A DNA stretch of 55,428 nt, the filler included, from Sphacelaria rigidula (lineage: Eukaryota), in the NCBI GenBank assembly GCA_964200075.2. It is 5 parts of 5 records of this genome, joined end to end, with 100 filler letters (N's around TTAATTAATTAA, not from the genome) between each part and the next. Parts side by side here need not be neighbours in the genome. Positions count along the whole stretch, not along the records: positions 33,321 to 44,324 come from CAXNAA020005548.1; positions 44,425 to 55,428 come from CAXNAA020005549.1; 3 more parts are not named here. One strand, 5' to 3'. Positions 37,141 to 51,687 of the stretch are shown here, one piece after another. The notes beneath the pieces were generated by a model. It searched no databases, was not told the origin of the DNA, and saw only the letters and a program-made list of their open reading frames with translations. The stretch's first letter is position 1. Every line of letters starts with the position of its first letter. The translations under genes and the position numbers were made by a program.

Positions 37141-38299
37141 AGGTGTGCTCATTTTTTATTGAAAAATGAAGCTGTCCTACACTGAGTTTGAAGCCCACAA
37201 CCTGCACACCTACTCTTGGCTCCCACGAACGAAAACGACGAATTAATACCACTACAATTGTGATGCATGATACAGCAGTCGGACATTGTACCCTCTGGAC
37301 ACAGGGTAGCGCAGCCTTTGACCTCTGGCCCGGCCAGCTACAAGCTACAAGCTACCACCTCTTCCCCCCCATCTACCGTCAGTCACCATTGAAAATCTTG
37401 TTGGACTACCGGTACCGATTGTAGGATAAACAAGTGTACTAGTCAAATATCTGGAAGTTTCTTAAGTCTAAAATCAAGTTGTCATGTTGCCAGCCACAGA
37501 TATACACCCAAAGCTATAGGTCTACTGCGTGAAGCAACTGCTTGCTACCGAGAGTACCGCCGTGTCATACTGTTGCACTATTATACGAGAGACCACGCTG
37601 TACAGGGAAGAGTACAGAACACAACCATACAGTAGTGCAGCACACACTGGTACAAGGCACTACACGACAATACGCCGGTCGGGACCAAGCCCGGCAGCTT
37701 GAAATATAGTTCAATACCCGGACGGTACACGTACAGTACAGCAGAGCAGCTCAGCACAGTACAACAGTGAAATGCAGTACTGTACGCTACAGTAGACTGT
37801 AGTATAGTCGAGTGCACTCCATCAGAGTACAGTACAGTACCGTGCAGCGCAGCACAACACACTACATCACATGACAGTAACGATGTCTTGTATCTGTCGA
37901 GTTGTTATCACCTCGCACGCCGGAACGCAATATGCGCGACGGTGCACAGTACACGAGGCTGTAGAGTGGAGTACAGGAGAGTATCGTACGCATCTGCGCC
38001 GCGCCGTACAACAGGACACCGCTGCGGACCATGCGCAGCCATTCACCAGTCCTGTCAGGTAGCCTTGTGAAAAAAAAAAAATGTTTCTTACGCGCATTCT
38101 TTTACCGCGTTTCATTGCCCTTATTTTTATGCTCAAAGGTGAAAATTGTCCGCCGCTTCATGCACCGTTTGGTGAAATGTGCGCGACTTACGCGCCTTTT
38201 TCACCTCCTTGTTGTGGCGAGAGCCGCCGTCTTATGTGAAGTACAATATGGCGCATTCTTTTCACAACTGTCATAGTATCATGAAGAAGTAGTTTACAC

Positions 38300-38520
38300 G
38301 CCGGACGAGTCATTACTCGTCGAAACGAGTGCACTTGTGGATGTTTTCTGAAAACACAACGAGCATAACTCGTGTGCTCGAGTCATACTTTTTTTTACAA
38401 CGAGCAATGACTCGTGTGATCGACTCATTTATCATATCATTTTTTTGTTCACAATGAGCAATGACTCGTGTGCTCGAGTCGTTCATATTTCCATAACGAG
38501 CAATGACTCGAGTGCTCGCC
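38300..38520. repeat. ACGAGCAATGACTCGTGTGCTC repeat array; second block at 39170-39400
   Basis: The motif repeats about five times in each block. Confidence 0.75.
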
Positions 38521-38984
38521 CTATAAATGTACTATTCGAGAGATACTCTCTGTCACTTCAGTAGAACTTTGACCTGTGCGTGTGTGGGAGGGGAGGGGGG
38601 GGGGGTGGGGTGCTTGGATAAAATGATAATCGGCTTTGGAGCTTAACCTTTGTACATTTAATACTGTTTTCGTGAGACTGAGAGTAGAGGATAAAATTGA
38701 GAGTGAAAAGCGGTCACTTACTGGATGAATCGGTTCAGTTGGGGAATGCCCCTCCACGAGCCCCAATATGCCTTCTGTAGTAGCTTGCCACTGAGGCCCT
38801 TGATATCCCTCAGTAGGATATCGACGTGTAGCTGTAAGCACACGCCAGCAGTGATATAGGCAAAGAAAAGCACACACGGGAGGAAAAATTGGCGAAGTTG
38901 AAGCGAATGACCAAAGCCTCTCTCAATTCAGCGCTCTACTCTCAACCTAACGAATACCTTGTCACGTGCAGATATGCGTTGTAT

Positions 38985-39080
38985 TTTTATTTATTACATT
39001 TGTCGCACTTTGAACCCCTCTCCTTCCTCGGGACGAGTCCGTGGTCTCAAGGGGTCAACCCATCTCTCCCCGGTATGCAT
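38985..39080 (-). mobile_element. SINE-like 3' tail fragment
   Basis: Minus strand reads GGGTTGACCCCTTGAGACCACGGACTCGTCCCGAGGAAGGAGAGGGGTTCAAAGTGCGACA followed by an A-rich tail. Confidence 0.55.
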
Positions 39081-39949
39081 ATGAACTCGAAGATGCTAGG
39101 TTCAAGATCGTCGAAGAGCCCATTGTAAGTATTTGCTTGTCGGATAGCTGACTCCTCAAGTCAAGACGTTCATCACGAACAATGACTCGTGTGCTCCAGT
39201 CGTTTGTTTCTCCACCACGAGCAATGACTCGACTACTCGCCCAAACATTATTTTTCCACAACGAGCAATAACTTGAGTGCTCCCCTTACTAATTTTGCCA
39301 CAACGAGGAATGACTCGAGTGCTGGCCATATTAATTTTTCCCTCAACGAGCAGCCCAACGAGTGCGAATGCCACAAGTCATCCTCGTGCTCGTCCAGGAT
39401 GTGAAGTAGTTACATACAGCACAACAACCGATATCAGACCCGCGACAGAGTTCAAGTAAGAAACCAAGAACACAAATGCCACAACGAGCCACGCCACATG
39501 AAGCACCTGGGGCAGCAACGGCTACTGGGCAGGGGGTGCATGGTCCCGTTGGAGTACTGTATGCGCCAAGTTATGAGTAAAACCTGGCTTCTATGTCTCT
39601 GTTATGCTAAAATTGAAGAAAAAGTACATGTGGTTTTTGAAAAAACGCATAAGCTATGCGCAAAACCCTGTTCCATGTATATGCGCGCATGACAAACAAG
39701 CCCACTTGAAGACAATGCATAAACAGCAGATGGCGTCAACAGTTCATCTAGAATAGTGTTGTGTTCGCGGTGCACACCGTATTGGACTGCAGGCGACAGA
39801 GTACTGTGCACGATTGCACTGGAGAGCACGGTAGCTTCGTACAGTAGTCGCATACAAAAAAAAGGGGTGCAGCACATCACATACTTTCATACTGTAATTT
39901 GAAGCCCTCAGATTTGAAGGCGGCACAATTAGCTGTACAAGATATGCGT

Positions 39950-40916
39950 GCACAAACTTGCAAGGTCGTGTTCTGTAGGGTATGGTTTTCTGTATACCCG
40001 GGGTATTTACCGTACCCGAGAGTTCTGTGACTTCTCCAAGACTTTCATGCCAGTACCGGACAATTCTGTAATCTCCGTACGCCTTCCGTACCCTTACCCG
40101 ATGGTTCTATAATCTCTGTAAGACTCCTGTACCGTTACCGGGAGGCACGGGTAGGCTCTTGATAAGATATCGGATTGCGGGTACTGTTTTCTGTGTAACC
40201 TCCATGCCCTACCCGATTTCTCTGTACGTTTTGTAAGCCTTCCATACCCTTCCCCGAGAGTGCTGTGGGTTCTGTCCCGAACATTTCAAGGGTCAGACGA
40301 GTTCATGATTCGTCTGGAAATTACTTGATTCTAGTGTGTTTGACTCGTACCGTACGAATCAATCCTTAGGCCTTGTTTACAGTGTTGAAACCCAGGTACG
40401 CGCAGCCGAGGAACGTGGAGCGGCGCAAAAATTGTGAGGAAACATTCTTGACCATAGGTCAACTTCATCCTCTTTCGGGAAACCAGGCCTGAAAAATCGT
40501 GAATTTGGTGATTCGAACCGGCGATGATTCGTCCGACCCGTGAAACCTTCACCCCAACCTTTACTCTAACCCGAGGGGCGGGTATGCTCAAAAATAGTTA
40601 CCCGATTGCTAGTACCGGTTTTCTGTAAGCCTCTCATACCGTACCCGACAAGTTCTGTATTTCTGTGAGCCCCTCATACCGGTACTCGACAGTTCTGCGA
40701 GCTCTGTAAGCCTCTCATACCGGTACTCGACAGTTCTGTGAGCTCTGGAATCCTCCCATACCCGTACCCAGGGTTAGGGTATACCGTCACATATACCCGA
40801 TTGCAGGTATAAACACAGGTATATATACCGATTCCCGACAATTCTGTGAGATGCGCAAGGTCATACCTTACAGAACGTACCCGTACCCTACAGAAAACGA
40901 CCTCGCAAAATTGTGC
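39950..40916. mobile_element. MITE-like element with about 35-bp TIRs and a nested family C insertion
   Basis: GCACAAACTTGCAAGGTCGTGTTCTGTAGGGTATGG pairs with CCGTACCCTACAGAAAACGACCTCGCAAAATTGTGC. Internal TTCTGT/TACCC repeats are interrupted by family C at 40305-40545. No clear target duplication. Confidence 0.75.
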
Positions 40917-41454
40917 CGGTGTTCCGTGCTCGTTGGAGCAAATGGTCTTTTTTTTCACGGGGAATACATATATCATACGTCTTGCACTAGCCTGCCCGCG
41001 CCCTTTTGACCTGGTGCCCTGAGCGTGGTCGCCACCTATCGGCGTTGCATTGTGCACGAGATATTACACCAGTGAAAAGAAACATTATTCAGATCTTCCC
41101 AAGCGGGAAATCATCACCTTACCAGCCAGATATCCACACCGACGATCCCGCCTTGGGCAAAGCTCACCAAAGGTGCCGCGCGCTCGACCGGTACTCCCGT
41201 GTCCGGCCCGCCGCTCGTGTGAACGTACTTCGCGGCTCATATCAGCCAAGTGCTTGTGAAATTCTTTCATGAGGGCATTCCGATAAAAATTGTTTTTTAG
41301 TGGAAGACTTGTCCAAGCGGCCTGATACAAAAGCTCAAAGTTACTCCAAATTTGATGCGCGCGCACGGAACTGCAGCTTGCAGTCGAGGTGAATCGCACA
41401 CACATATTGATGGATGAACGCAGCACGTCAGGCAAACCGAAGTCTTTTGGCATA

Positions 41455-41478
41455 GGGGTGGTGTTGAGTAAACACCAG
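41455..41478 (-). promoter_or_regulatory. Histone mRNA 3' stem-loop-like element (H3)
   Basis: Minus strand reads CT-GGTGTT-TACTC-AACACC-ACCCC, 94 nt after the H3 stop. Confidence 0.85.
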
Positions 41479-41569
41479 AGGGTTTGTAGGGGGAGGGTCT
41501 CGATCACTGAGCAGTGATTTTGCTCCCAAACTCTACAGGTTGGTCGCGGGCACAGTGACAGCGACCGGC

Positions 41570-42607
<1,038 letters not shown>

Positions 42608-42686
42608 GCGTTACAACCTGGCTTATTCTTCACCCTGTAAAACCGTTGCGTGTCTCGGAAGAAGACGCCGCGGTCTCGACAAACCC

Positions 42687-42710
42687 CTGGTGTTTACTCA
42701 ACACCACCCA
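42687..42710 (+). promoter_or_regulatory. Histone mRNA 3' stem-loop-like element
   Basis: CT-GGTGTT-TACTC-AACACC-ACCCA, 82 nt after the stop. Confidence 0.85.
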
Positions 42711-44019
42711 GGTCAATGAGGGAAGATACGTCCCGCTGCAAGGCGTGCAGAGGCACGAGCACACTTCGATGGTAGTGGCTTCAGGGCAGGTCCCCAGGTC
42801 GTGATGTGGGCCTCGACAGCTCGTGATTTCGGCAACGGACTACCCATCAGGACGGTTTTTGCCATGAATTAAGCGATGCGGGGATAATGGTATGGAAGGT
42901 TCTCAAAACGTGATACATCGTTCAGATTTGCGGGGCAGTACAGTAGGTGGGCACATGGCCATGGCCTGATGACCAAAGGTGAGGTCGGAGTGGAATCATT
43001 TGAAAGGCAAATGGCTGGTGTGTACGCTGCTCTCTAATTTCTAAACCCGCCGGAGTCGTCTCGGAACAGTATTGTCCACCATCGCGGTATGGGCCTTGGA
43101 GCAAAATCATCTATTCCATCCGCAGGAGTCCACATGATGACGTTTTGTATATGGTGAAGCGTGGTGATTCCTTACCTCCGTTGCCCTCAGCGGCAATCCT
43201 CCCAGCACGGACTGTCCAGTGCGGACTTTCTTGGCCTGATCGTGATCACTTAATCTATTGATGGTTGCTATGCGCAGTCCTAGCTCCCGTCTGGCCCTCC
43301 CGCGATGTCAATATGGTAGGACATGATAATCAATGTTGTGTCACGTCATGCAGAGAGAAACAGCGTATAATGGACTTCGTGCAGTGGAGGGCCCAATGAT
43401 ACGCTGATCATTGCGCAGTTCTTCCGAAGTGTTCGGCCGCGATGGAAAAAATTGTATGCACTGTAAATGAGCAGCAAGGCAGAAGTTGAAGGAGTACAGT
43501 TGGGACGGTGTGGCATGCCTGCAAGATCAAAACATGCCCGAAGCACTGCTGTAGCACCCAACACTGCGGAAGCATAAGAAGAGAGTGCGTCCTTGGCCTA
43601 TATCGGAGGAGGAAGTGATGGCCTGCGTCACTCGCGAAGCATAAAATCACGTATCCCACAAGATGGCTCAGCGGAGACACGCGTGTACTAGACTCGTAGC
43701 TCGAAGCCAGTCATGGGTCATCCCGCATCAATACCTTCGCAAGCACCTAACACCCGTGTTCATGTATCCAAACACACTGCGGCCCGTGAGAAATAGTGGT
43801 GTCGAAGTCAAATTGACCATGGGCTATACCCGGGAGTCTGGGTGAGATCGATAACTAGAATAAGGTCCATATAAATCGAAACGCGACTTGAGGTCCGCGG
43901 CTTTCCCAGCACAAATTATGACAGCATCCTGTACGTTGAAAAGTTCGCAGTTCGTAAAGAATTTCACCACAGGCACCGTAGGTAAGGTAGGTGGTACCCG
44001 GTACCGGTATCGGGGACAT

Positions 44020-44250
44020 CTCATACCCTACCGATACCGGTCCAATGGGGTATTTTCGCATGTCATACCTACGATTCCACGGTATTTCACGATCTCAACA
44101 CCTTCCGTACCCGCTCAATCCGGTATTTTTTAATGTCATACCTACGATTCCACGGTATGTCGAGATTTCAAGACCTGCCGTACCCGCTCAATGACGTATT
44201 CCCGAAACTCATACCTACGACACCACGGCATTTCGAGAGTTCAAAACCTA
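44020..44250. repeat. Tandem repeat (about 74-bp unit, CATACCTACGATTCCACGGTAT...)
   Basis: Three to four degenerate units. Confidence 0.75.
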
Positions 44251-44324
44251 CCAAGGGTGGGACAAATAATGATTCGTCTGAAAATTACTTAGTTTTAGTA
44301 TGATGAGTCGACTCGTGACGAATC

Positions 44325-44424
44325 NNNNNNNNNNNNNNNNNNNNNNNNNNNNNNNNNNNNNNNNNNNNTTAATTAATTAANNNNNNNNNNNNNNNNNNNN
44401 NNNNNNNNNNNNNNNNNNNNNNNN
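44325..44424. other. Artificial 100-bp contig linker
   Basis: N44-TTAATTAATTAA-N44. Confidence 0.98.
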
Positions 44425-44489
44425 TTTTTTTTTTTTTTTTTTTTTTTTTTATTTTTTTTTGTGTTTTTTGTTTTGTGTGGGGAGGGATA

Positions 44490-44526
<37 letters not shown>

Positions 44527-46009
44527 GTATCCATGGTCATGCATGCTACAGTCATAAGACCATTGACCTCGCATCCCTACAAAGCAGGGACGGAGCACGC
44601 TGGGATTTCGCCGGACCAGGATCGCACTCAATCACCAAGCGCGAAGCGCCGTGATGTGAAAATAAAACAAGCCGAGTTTCTCAACTATGTCCACATGGCA
44701 CGACGACAGAGTGATTGCCAGTTCATGTAACATTGACGGGGTCACTGAGCGCTTTCGTGATGGAAATCCGCGTTTTCCCACATGCAAATAGTTTCGAACG
44801 CTTAGTTTTCTGTTCAGAACGTCAAGTTGTTCATTTCACTTCGGTTCAATACTGATTGATTTTCGCCAATCCCGGCATAGTTTGGTTTTGCTGTTCAACA
44901 GTATAGCTTCGCACGTTTGACCAAACCCAAAGCGGCCACTTTCCCGCAGCTCTTGAGAGTATCTTAAAGTGTGCAGGATGAATTGAAAAATGGAAATTTT
45001 CATTTTTACAACCCTTGTCGATTTCGGTGCTGTTACGAGGTGATTGCACAGACGCCGCGACAGTTAGTACAGACAGTAGAGCAACGAAAGCTTTGACTGA
45101 AGCTTTGACCGGGTTGTCTGGCGTACTGCCGCAAGCGTTGGTTTGAAGTCACAAGACCTTCGCGGTCGGCGGTTGATGGCGTGGGTCTCAAATGCAACGG
45201 CAAGTGGTTGATCACAGAGCACTCTTTTTCCTCGTAAAACATATCTCTCCTCAGCTTGTAATGAATGACTTACTCACTTGAGAGTTGTCGAAAGCTACCG
45301 CGACACACGCAGCGGCTGGGTAGGTGCCCAACATTGTAGCATGGACGTACCCCTCTGCACCCCGCTAGCAACGGTTAGGTCACCACCATAGGTATCGGTT
45401 TTCATTCCGCATGACAAGAAGGTCTCCACAAGTGCTTGATCTCTAATACACCCCCCCCAACTGGCGTATGGCACGCCCTCGTCGTCGCGTACGCACAGGT
45501 ACGAGTGCACAAAACGGGTAAAATCAACTATAAATAACACCGCCCAAGTTCAAATTGGATCTGTTATTGCCGCAGCACCGTCCTTGCTGGCATGTGTATG
45601 AGAGAGAACAGTAGCGGTGACGGGAACATCGCCCTGCTTTTCAACAACGCGTTCTACAGTGCATAGGGGTGTTGATAGTCCGATAAATGAATTCAAGATG
45701 CTGAAGTATAGCCACTGTCGTTATATTCGTAAAGTATAAATGGATCTGAAGAGTGTTCTGTGCATGGATGCAGAAGGAAAAGTATTGCATGATTGGTTGT
45801 TTATATAGACATGAATTTTCATTCACTCCTCGTACTATATGTCTTTTCTACCGCTCAATTGTTCATGACCGGGCATGATCCGCAAGCCATGCTCCGTGCG
45901 CCATGCCGACATTGACGCATCACCTATAACCTGCGACCTACGTTACCCTACTAGGCAAAATGTCTTGACACACTAGCGTCCATTGGGTGTCCTGTTACGG
46001 AGTGGGCAA

Positions 46010-47350
46010 CATGGCCGAGGAGGAAAAAACGAATGTGTCGCTGGAAAATCAAGTTGGTGAAAACAGCAATGGGCTCAACGATGTTGCCAAGAAGACCGAG
46101 CTGCTGGTGACAAAAATATATAATAGACACGATCACCTGGTTTCTCGAGAAACTGACGGCTGAAAGAGGGCAGGAATCCCCGCCGGCAGATCATGTTAAC
46201 AGTGGATATGCTGGGATGGCATATGGCGCTGTAACTGTGGGTGCTGATGCGGGTGATGCAGGCAGAAAGAAGTGGCACCGCGGTGGCTGGTGACAACTGA
46301 TACAGTAGCAGGGATAGTGAAGCTTCGACTTCAGGATGGAGCGCAGACCGCATGACGTACCCGATGTTCAGCGGTGCTGTCGAAGATTTCAGCAAATGGG
46401 CGAGGGAAATTCTACAACTGCTGAGTAGGAACAGGGGGTTCAGATATGCCCTGGTGAGAGATGATGATGTCACAGTCGAGCCGCTCGACATGCCGCGTCA
46501 TACGAGAACATTTTGCATGGTCTAGACCAATCATGCTCAGAAAGTATTCGCGGTACTGTTCTGTAACGTCGCGACACAGGCCGTAAAGAACGTCATTTTT
46601 ACAGCAGGTAAACCGAATGCAGCCAGGAGGAAACTGCGATAGTGGTTCGAGCCTCAGACTATCTAAGCAGTAAACCAACTGATGAAGAAGTACAACAGCA
46701 GATCCCTGGGCACGTGTGAGGACCCAATCGAGCGAATTGCCGACATTGAGGCCATGCAGGCCAAGACTCGGGTTTGGTCTCCGAGCCATGCGTCCAGCCA
46801 GGAAGTAATCAACGCCTGTATTATCGCGACCGTGGTATAAAATACAGATTACGATATTGGGACCCGCATGATGGGTTACCACGGTACTATCACTCGTGCA
46901 GAGTTGATACGCAGTATCGCGTCTCGTTACAGTCAACTGCGGGAGTTTGCGGGGGCAGGAAGGTTGGAGGCAGAGGCGGGGAAGAAGGGGGAGATTGCCT
47001 GCTAATCACGTTTTAGCTGCACCGTACCGCTATCGCAAGTGCAAATCCTTCGACATGTTTGGTTGTTATGAGGGCTCGCCCGAGTCTGGGTTGGGAGCTA
47101 GGTTCGACCCCTGTTGGAGGTAACATATTCTGGGTGAACGGATTGCTGGCAAGGAAAATGTCTGCAAGTCGAAGGCGTGTTTGATGCCTAAGGGAGGCCA
47201 CTCATGTTTAGGTTGAGATTATCGAGGGACATGGAAATGCGCGACTTACCTCGCATGAGGAAACGAAATGAGCAATTGACACACAGTTGGGGGAGCTGAT
47301 GGGACTTGGCCTGGTGCGCACAGGGACTGCTGATCAGTGGTCTGAAGAAG
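46010..47350 (+). pseudogene. Decayed Ty1/Copia-like gag(-protease) remnant; ends approximate
   Basis: Interrupted frames give YPMFSGAVEDFSKWAREILQLL (about 46352) and AGKPNAARRKLR*WFEPQTI*AVNQLMKKY (about 46603), resembling Copia gag N-terminal and UBN2 patterns. Multiple stops and frameshifts; no LTRs identified. Confidence 0.5.
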
Positions 47351-50300
47351 GGTAGACCCCAATCCCCGCATGGTGTCAAAAAGGTTGTATTATTTTTATG
47401 TAATCCCAGGAGTGCGTTGTGATATTGTGCTTACAGGTAGAGACGGATCCGAAACTGGGAAGTTCACCAAATAACAGGTAGTCAGCGTGGCGGTGCATTA
47501 AAAATATCCCTGAGGTGTGTGTCAAGCGATGAAACATGATGTCTCTGAAGAGTGAGGTGGGATGCTGTCACTCGAGGATTGATCAGAGGAAACCCCGCGC
47601 TCGAGTAAGAGGGTGATGAAGTGTCTAACTATCATTTGTGAGTAAGCCAGACAAAGTAGAGTTCGATATGAGTTGAGTCTACACTCTGAGTTCCACACAG
47701 GGTTGAACTGTGCCAGGAACATCGTAGTCAATTTAGGGTATGCAACATGCTTAACCGTTGTCGTATCGCCTGAAAGCGCAACACCGGCCTTCGTATGCCG
47801 CAGGAGACGATAACTACAAAGAAACGAAGCAGGGCTCCCTACATCAGCTTGTCTACATAGAGATGCATAGAGCGGAGAGGGGGTTGCACTGTGAGCTGAC
47901 ATCGGTATAGAAGTAACGGAAACAGGATCGTACTTACTTGAGGACGTGAGGCAGGGTCGGCATTTTACCTTTCGCCTGTCGTCTAAAGACACGACATTGA
48001 TTCTGTTCATGCCGCAGAAGACGATAACCACTAGGATAACATAGAAAAGCCCACGAAATCATGTCGCATGAACAGAGATGCATGAAGTGCCGCGAAGTTT
48101 AACAGCCGATCATCGAAATTGAGGATGGAGCTTTTCATGAAGGATGAGAACCGGGAGGGTTGAAATCTTCGTATCCTCACTTATTCTTAAAAACCTGGTC
48201 CCACTCCCTCATCTACTGGTAATGTTTGACAACTGCTACGCGCCCTACGAATTTTGGATTTCGATAACCAAAATGTTGGGGTCCGAGGTGAAAAAAACAA
48301 TTTTGGGGGGTATTTCGACAATCCGATCGGATCACCTAAATTCCCCGAAGTTGTTTCACATTTGCGTTATCAAAATCCAAATTTGTAGGGCGTGTAGCAG
48401 TTGTCAATAGCCACCAGTAGGTGAAGAAATAAAGCCAGATTTCGTGTGAAAACGAAGATTTGAATCCACGGGGTTCTCATCCTCAATGGAAGCTCCATCC
48501 TTGATCTCGGTGATCGGCGGTTGTCTGCACTGTGAGCTGAGATCAGGTATTGAGAGTCAATTGATTAAGGGGTGACCCTCGTCAACAAAATGACACACTT
48601 TTTTGCATTTTCGCTGACAGAGGCCGAGTTCCTTATCGGAGCTCAGGAATTTCCGCTGACACAGACCCAATCTCATATTGGAGCTTGGGAACTTGAACAA
48701 ACCCGACTCGAGTTGCCACGACGAATGCGACGAACAGGGCATGTTTCTGCGTCTAGTCATCACGAGCAACTCCGGGAATCCTTGGATATTTGGATTCCAT
48801 TCATCACGACGATGTCGAATCAAGTATCGGGGGGACCCTACGTTTCAACGATTGGGACATGTATGACAGCATCTTGAGCTACGTTTCGGTTGATTTTAGC
48901 CCCGTGTTGGGGCCTTTGCAATGATCAAATCGCTTGTTTTCTCTCAACCCTGAACGTTTCAGGCTAGACAACCACATGGTCCGGCGAGCGAAACTTGTCG
49001 CCGGATAGGCATGTAGTTTGAAGGTTTTTATTTGATATCATGTTCACTTCTACTCTGCCTCAGCCCCGAGTCTCTTTCCAGCTGACCCCCACGAAAAACG
49101 AAAAAATAAATCAGTACCCTCCGCGCTAGACAACGTGTGCGCTGAAGCCTGACTGTTTTGTTTTCTTTCGAGAGGGGTGTAGAAATGCATTTACGGTCCG
49201 CACGTTGCAGAAACATCCGTTTAGAGGCGCTGACTACGACTACGTGACGATCTGGTACTTGGTGGTCGTGCCGTTGACACACACACAAGACTAAGGAAGT
49301 GAAAGAGAGAGAAACCGGCCCTCGGGGATGGTTCGCGACCCCCTCCCCGTTCAGAATGTTATGGAATTTCGGGGGTGGTGCATTTAATATTACTAACCAC
49401 GGTACGAAAGTTAGGAATTGAGCGTCCTCTCTCTTCTGCGAAGGCTTCGTCTCTCCGAAATACAAATGTTTTTCATCGATGACTGGAGCTCTCGTACAGC
49501 AATTCCTTTAAACCTTCCGCACCTTGAACTTCCTCTGATCCAAATTCTTCGTGGCTCTACCACCCATGAGACAAGACAGAAGCCATGGGGGCGGAATCAG
49601 AAACGAGCTAGCCGAGACCCAAAGATTAGTTCAAGCTTGCGCCGAACAATAAACCAACAAAAAATCAATTTATCTACGTCCTCAGACGAATTTCAGCGTG
49701 GTAGCGAATTGAAAATGCTATGTCCCACACTGTTGCTTCTGCAAGGTACGAGGAGTAATCAAGCTCGCAAGTAGCACCTAATCAACTCGATTCACTCGAG
49801 ATGACCTTAACGACTGCTGGAATGACCACCGCTGATGAGAAAGAAGGAGCGGTCGTTCGGCTTTATGTCGTCCTCATTAAGTCTAGAAACCGTTGCCATT
49901 TAAAACTCGAGGCATCACGACAAATGCGGGAAAGCCGCACAAGATGACACAAACCATACGAATATCTTCGGAACACCACGTCGAAGCTGATTTGAGACGT
50001 GCGACTAGCTCTGAAGAGTAGTGACTGACGTGACTTCAGACATACGAGTGAATCCAATAATGGGGACGAACCTGGGTGGAGTGTCACGATTTTTCGACTA
50101 TTTGGTCGTCGTAGATTGGTTTCGCAACCCTCCAGTCGTGATCACGAGATACGCACACCCAAGGTGAATGTAAACAAACTGGGAACGCTTGCTAAAGCAG
50201 CACTCGATAAACCACAAACGGCAATTAGAAAAAGATACGATGAAGCATGTCGGCCAGAAAATGAAAAAAGGGGAAAACAAGGAGCCAGACGAGAAAGCGA

Positions 50301-51360
50301 AGGCAATGCAAGCTAAGCGAACAGAGAAGAAAAAGCACGCCAACACAAGTCAAATACTGGTGGCAAACATAAACGGAGTTGATACACAAACGCAGGAAAT
50401 TGCCGGAAACTGTTGCACGCGTTCGGTTCACGATCCCGTACGAAAACAGTTGCATTGGGGAAAATGGTGACGAGCACCCGTTACGTTGACCTCCTGAATT
50501 ACGGCATCATGTGAACGAGTCAAATTCCAGCCGTCACGATTAACTCAGTAAAAATGGCGAAAATTTGACTCGACTCACTCAGCAAAAATGAGGACGACCG
50601 TCGAACTCGATGCTCTTTCGCGATTCTTGCGCCCTTAGCCATCTGCCGAGATTTTGAGTGAGTTCGGACACGCTGTACTTTCCCGGTTATGAATGTTCTC
50701 CCATTGAAGGCCAGCGCATCACCGCACTCTGTCATAGCTTTGAGGTGACTGACAGACAATCGTCCATTGTGGTCACTATTGTCGTGATTTTTGCTTTTCC
50801 AGTCATCCGCAGTGTGAGACGGGTTTGAGTCGTCGACTCCGCGTCAACAGGTTTACAAGGTCCACCAGTTGGACCACAGGGGCGAGGTGACATCACGGTG
50901 TGCTCCCAGATTACACAAAACACGGGAACCTACAAATTGGGGATGGATTTCACAATAGATTGCTCTGCTTCGTATCGCACTTCCAGTTTTCCCATCCTCT
51001 TACATTGGAATGGAATGGAAAAGGGACAGAAGAGACAGACGCCCTCAAAGAAGAAAAGCAAGAACGGCATACAAGCAGAAGAAGGGACGGAAAGAAAGTA
51101 AGGGCCATAGATTGACGATGTCAATTCTTTCGCGCATCGCACCACGCAAATTCCAGACATTATCGTTCTAGTCCGTGTGACGTCCTTCCACGTGCGGAAG
51201 GGCGCGCAGGAAGGCGGAGCTGAGACCGGAGTCGTCGCTCGGCACGTTCCCGCCAGGTTCTCCCGATCTATCCCTGGCCACTACTAGTAGGTCCGTTTTG
51301 ACGTACACGTACAACACGTGCGTCCCGGAATGCCAGTGGGCATCGAACGAGGCAGACGCG

Positions 51361-51687
51361 CTAAGTGTCACCCCCAGTAGTGCAATCGTACTTGAGCCAT
51401 CTCCCCTGCAAACGGAACTGCGTGACGTAGTGGGCGCCCACCCAGATGAGGTACACAACCGAGACCACGGAGTACTCTACGCCTAAAGAGAGAGTCTCGG
51501 ACGCGTCGGGAGAAATGCCAACGACTGCGTCGACGGCAGCAGCACTCGACGAAATAAGTAGGCGGTCGGGGGCGTTGATAGTCGAGAAAGGCAGGAAATC
51601 CCTAAAACACATGTCCCATGAGATGACCCCGCATGAAGGACAAACTTCTGCCCCGGGGTGAGAAAAGTCAAGACAAGTGCCTCCCAA
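51361..51687 (-). pseudogene. USP/peptidase C19-like C-terminal remnant
   Basis: CPSC...NAPDRLLIS...EYSVVSVVYLIWVGAHYVTQFRLQGRWLKYD resembles a USP His box. Adjacent overlapping frames suggest frameshifts. No Cys box was found. Confidence 0.4.

Noticed and set aside
48572-48877. SLTEAEF as a Copia RNase H motif
   Set aside because: Neither the preceding W.S.KQ nor the downstream DN motif is present.
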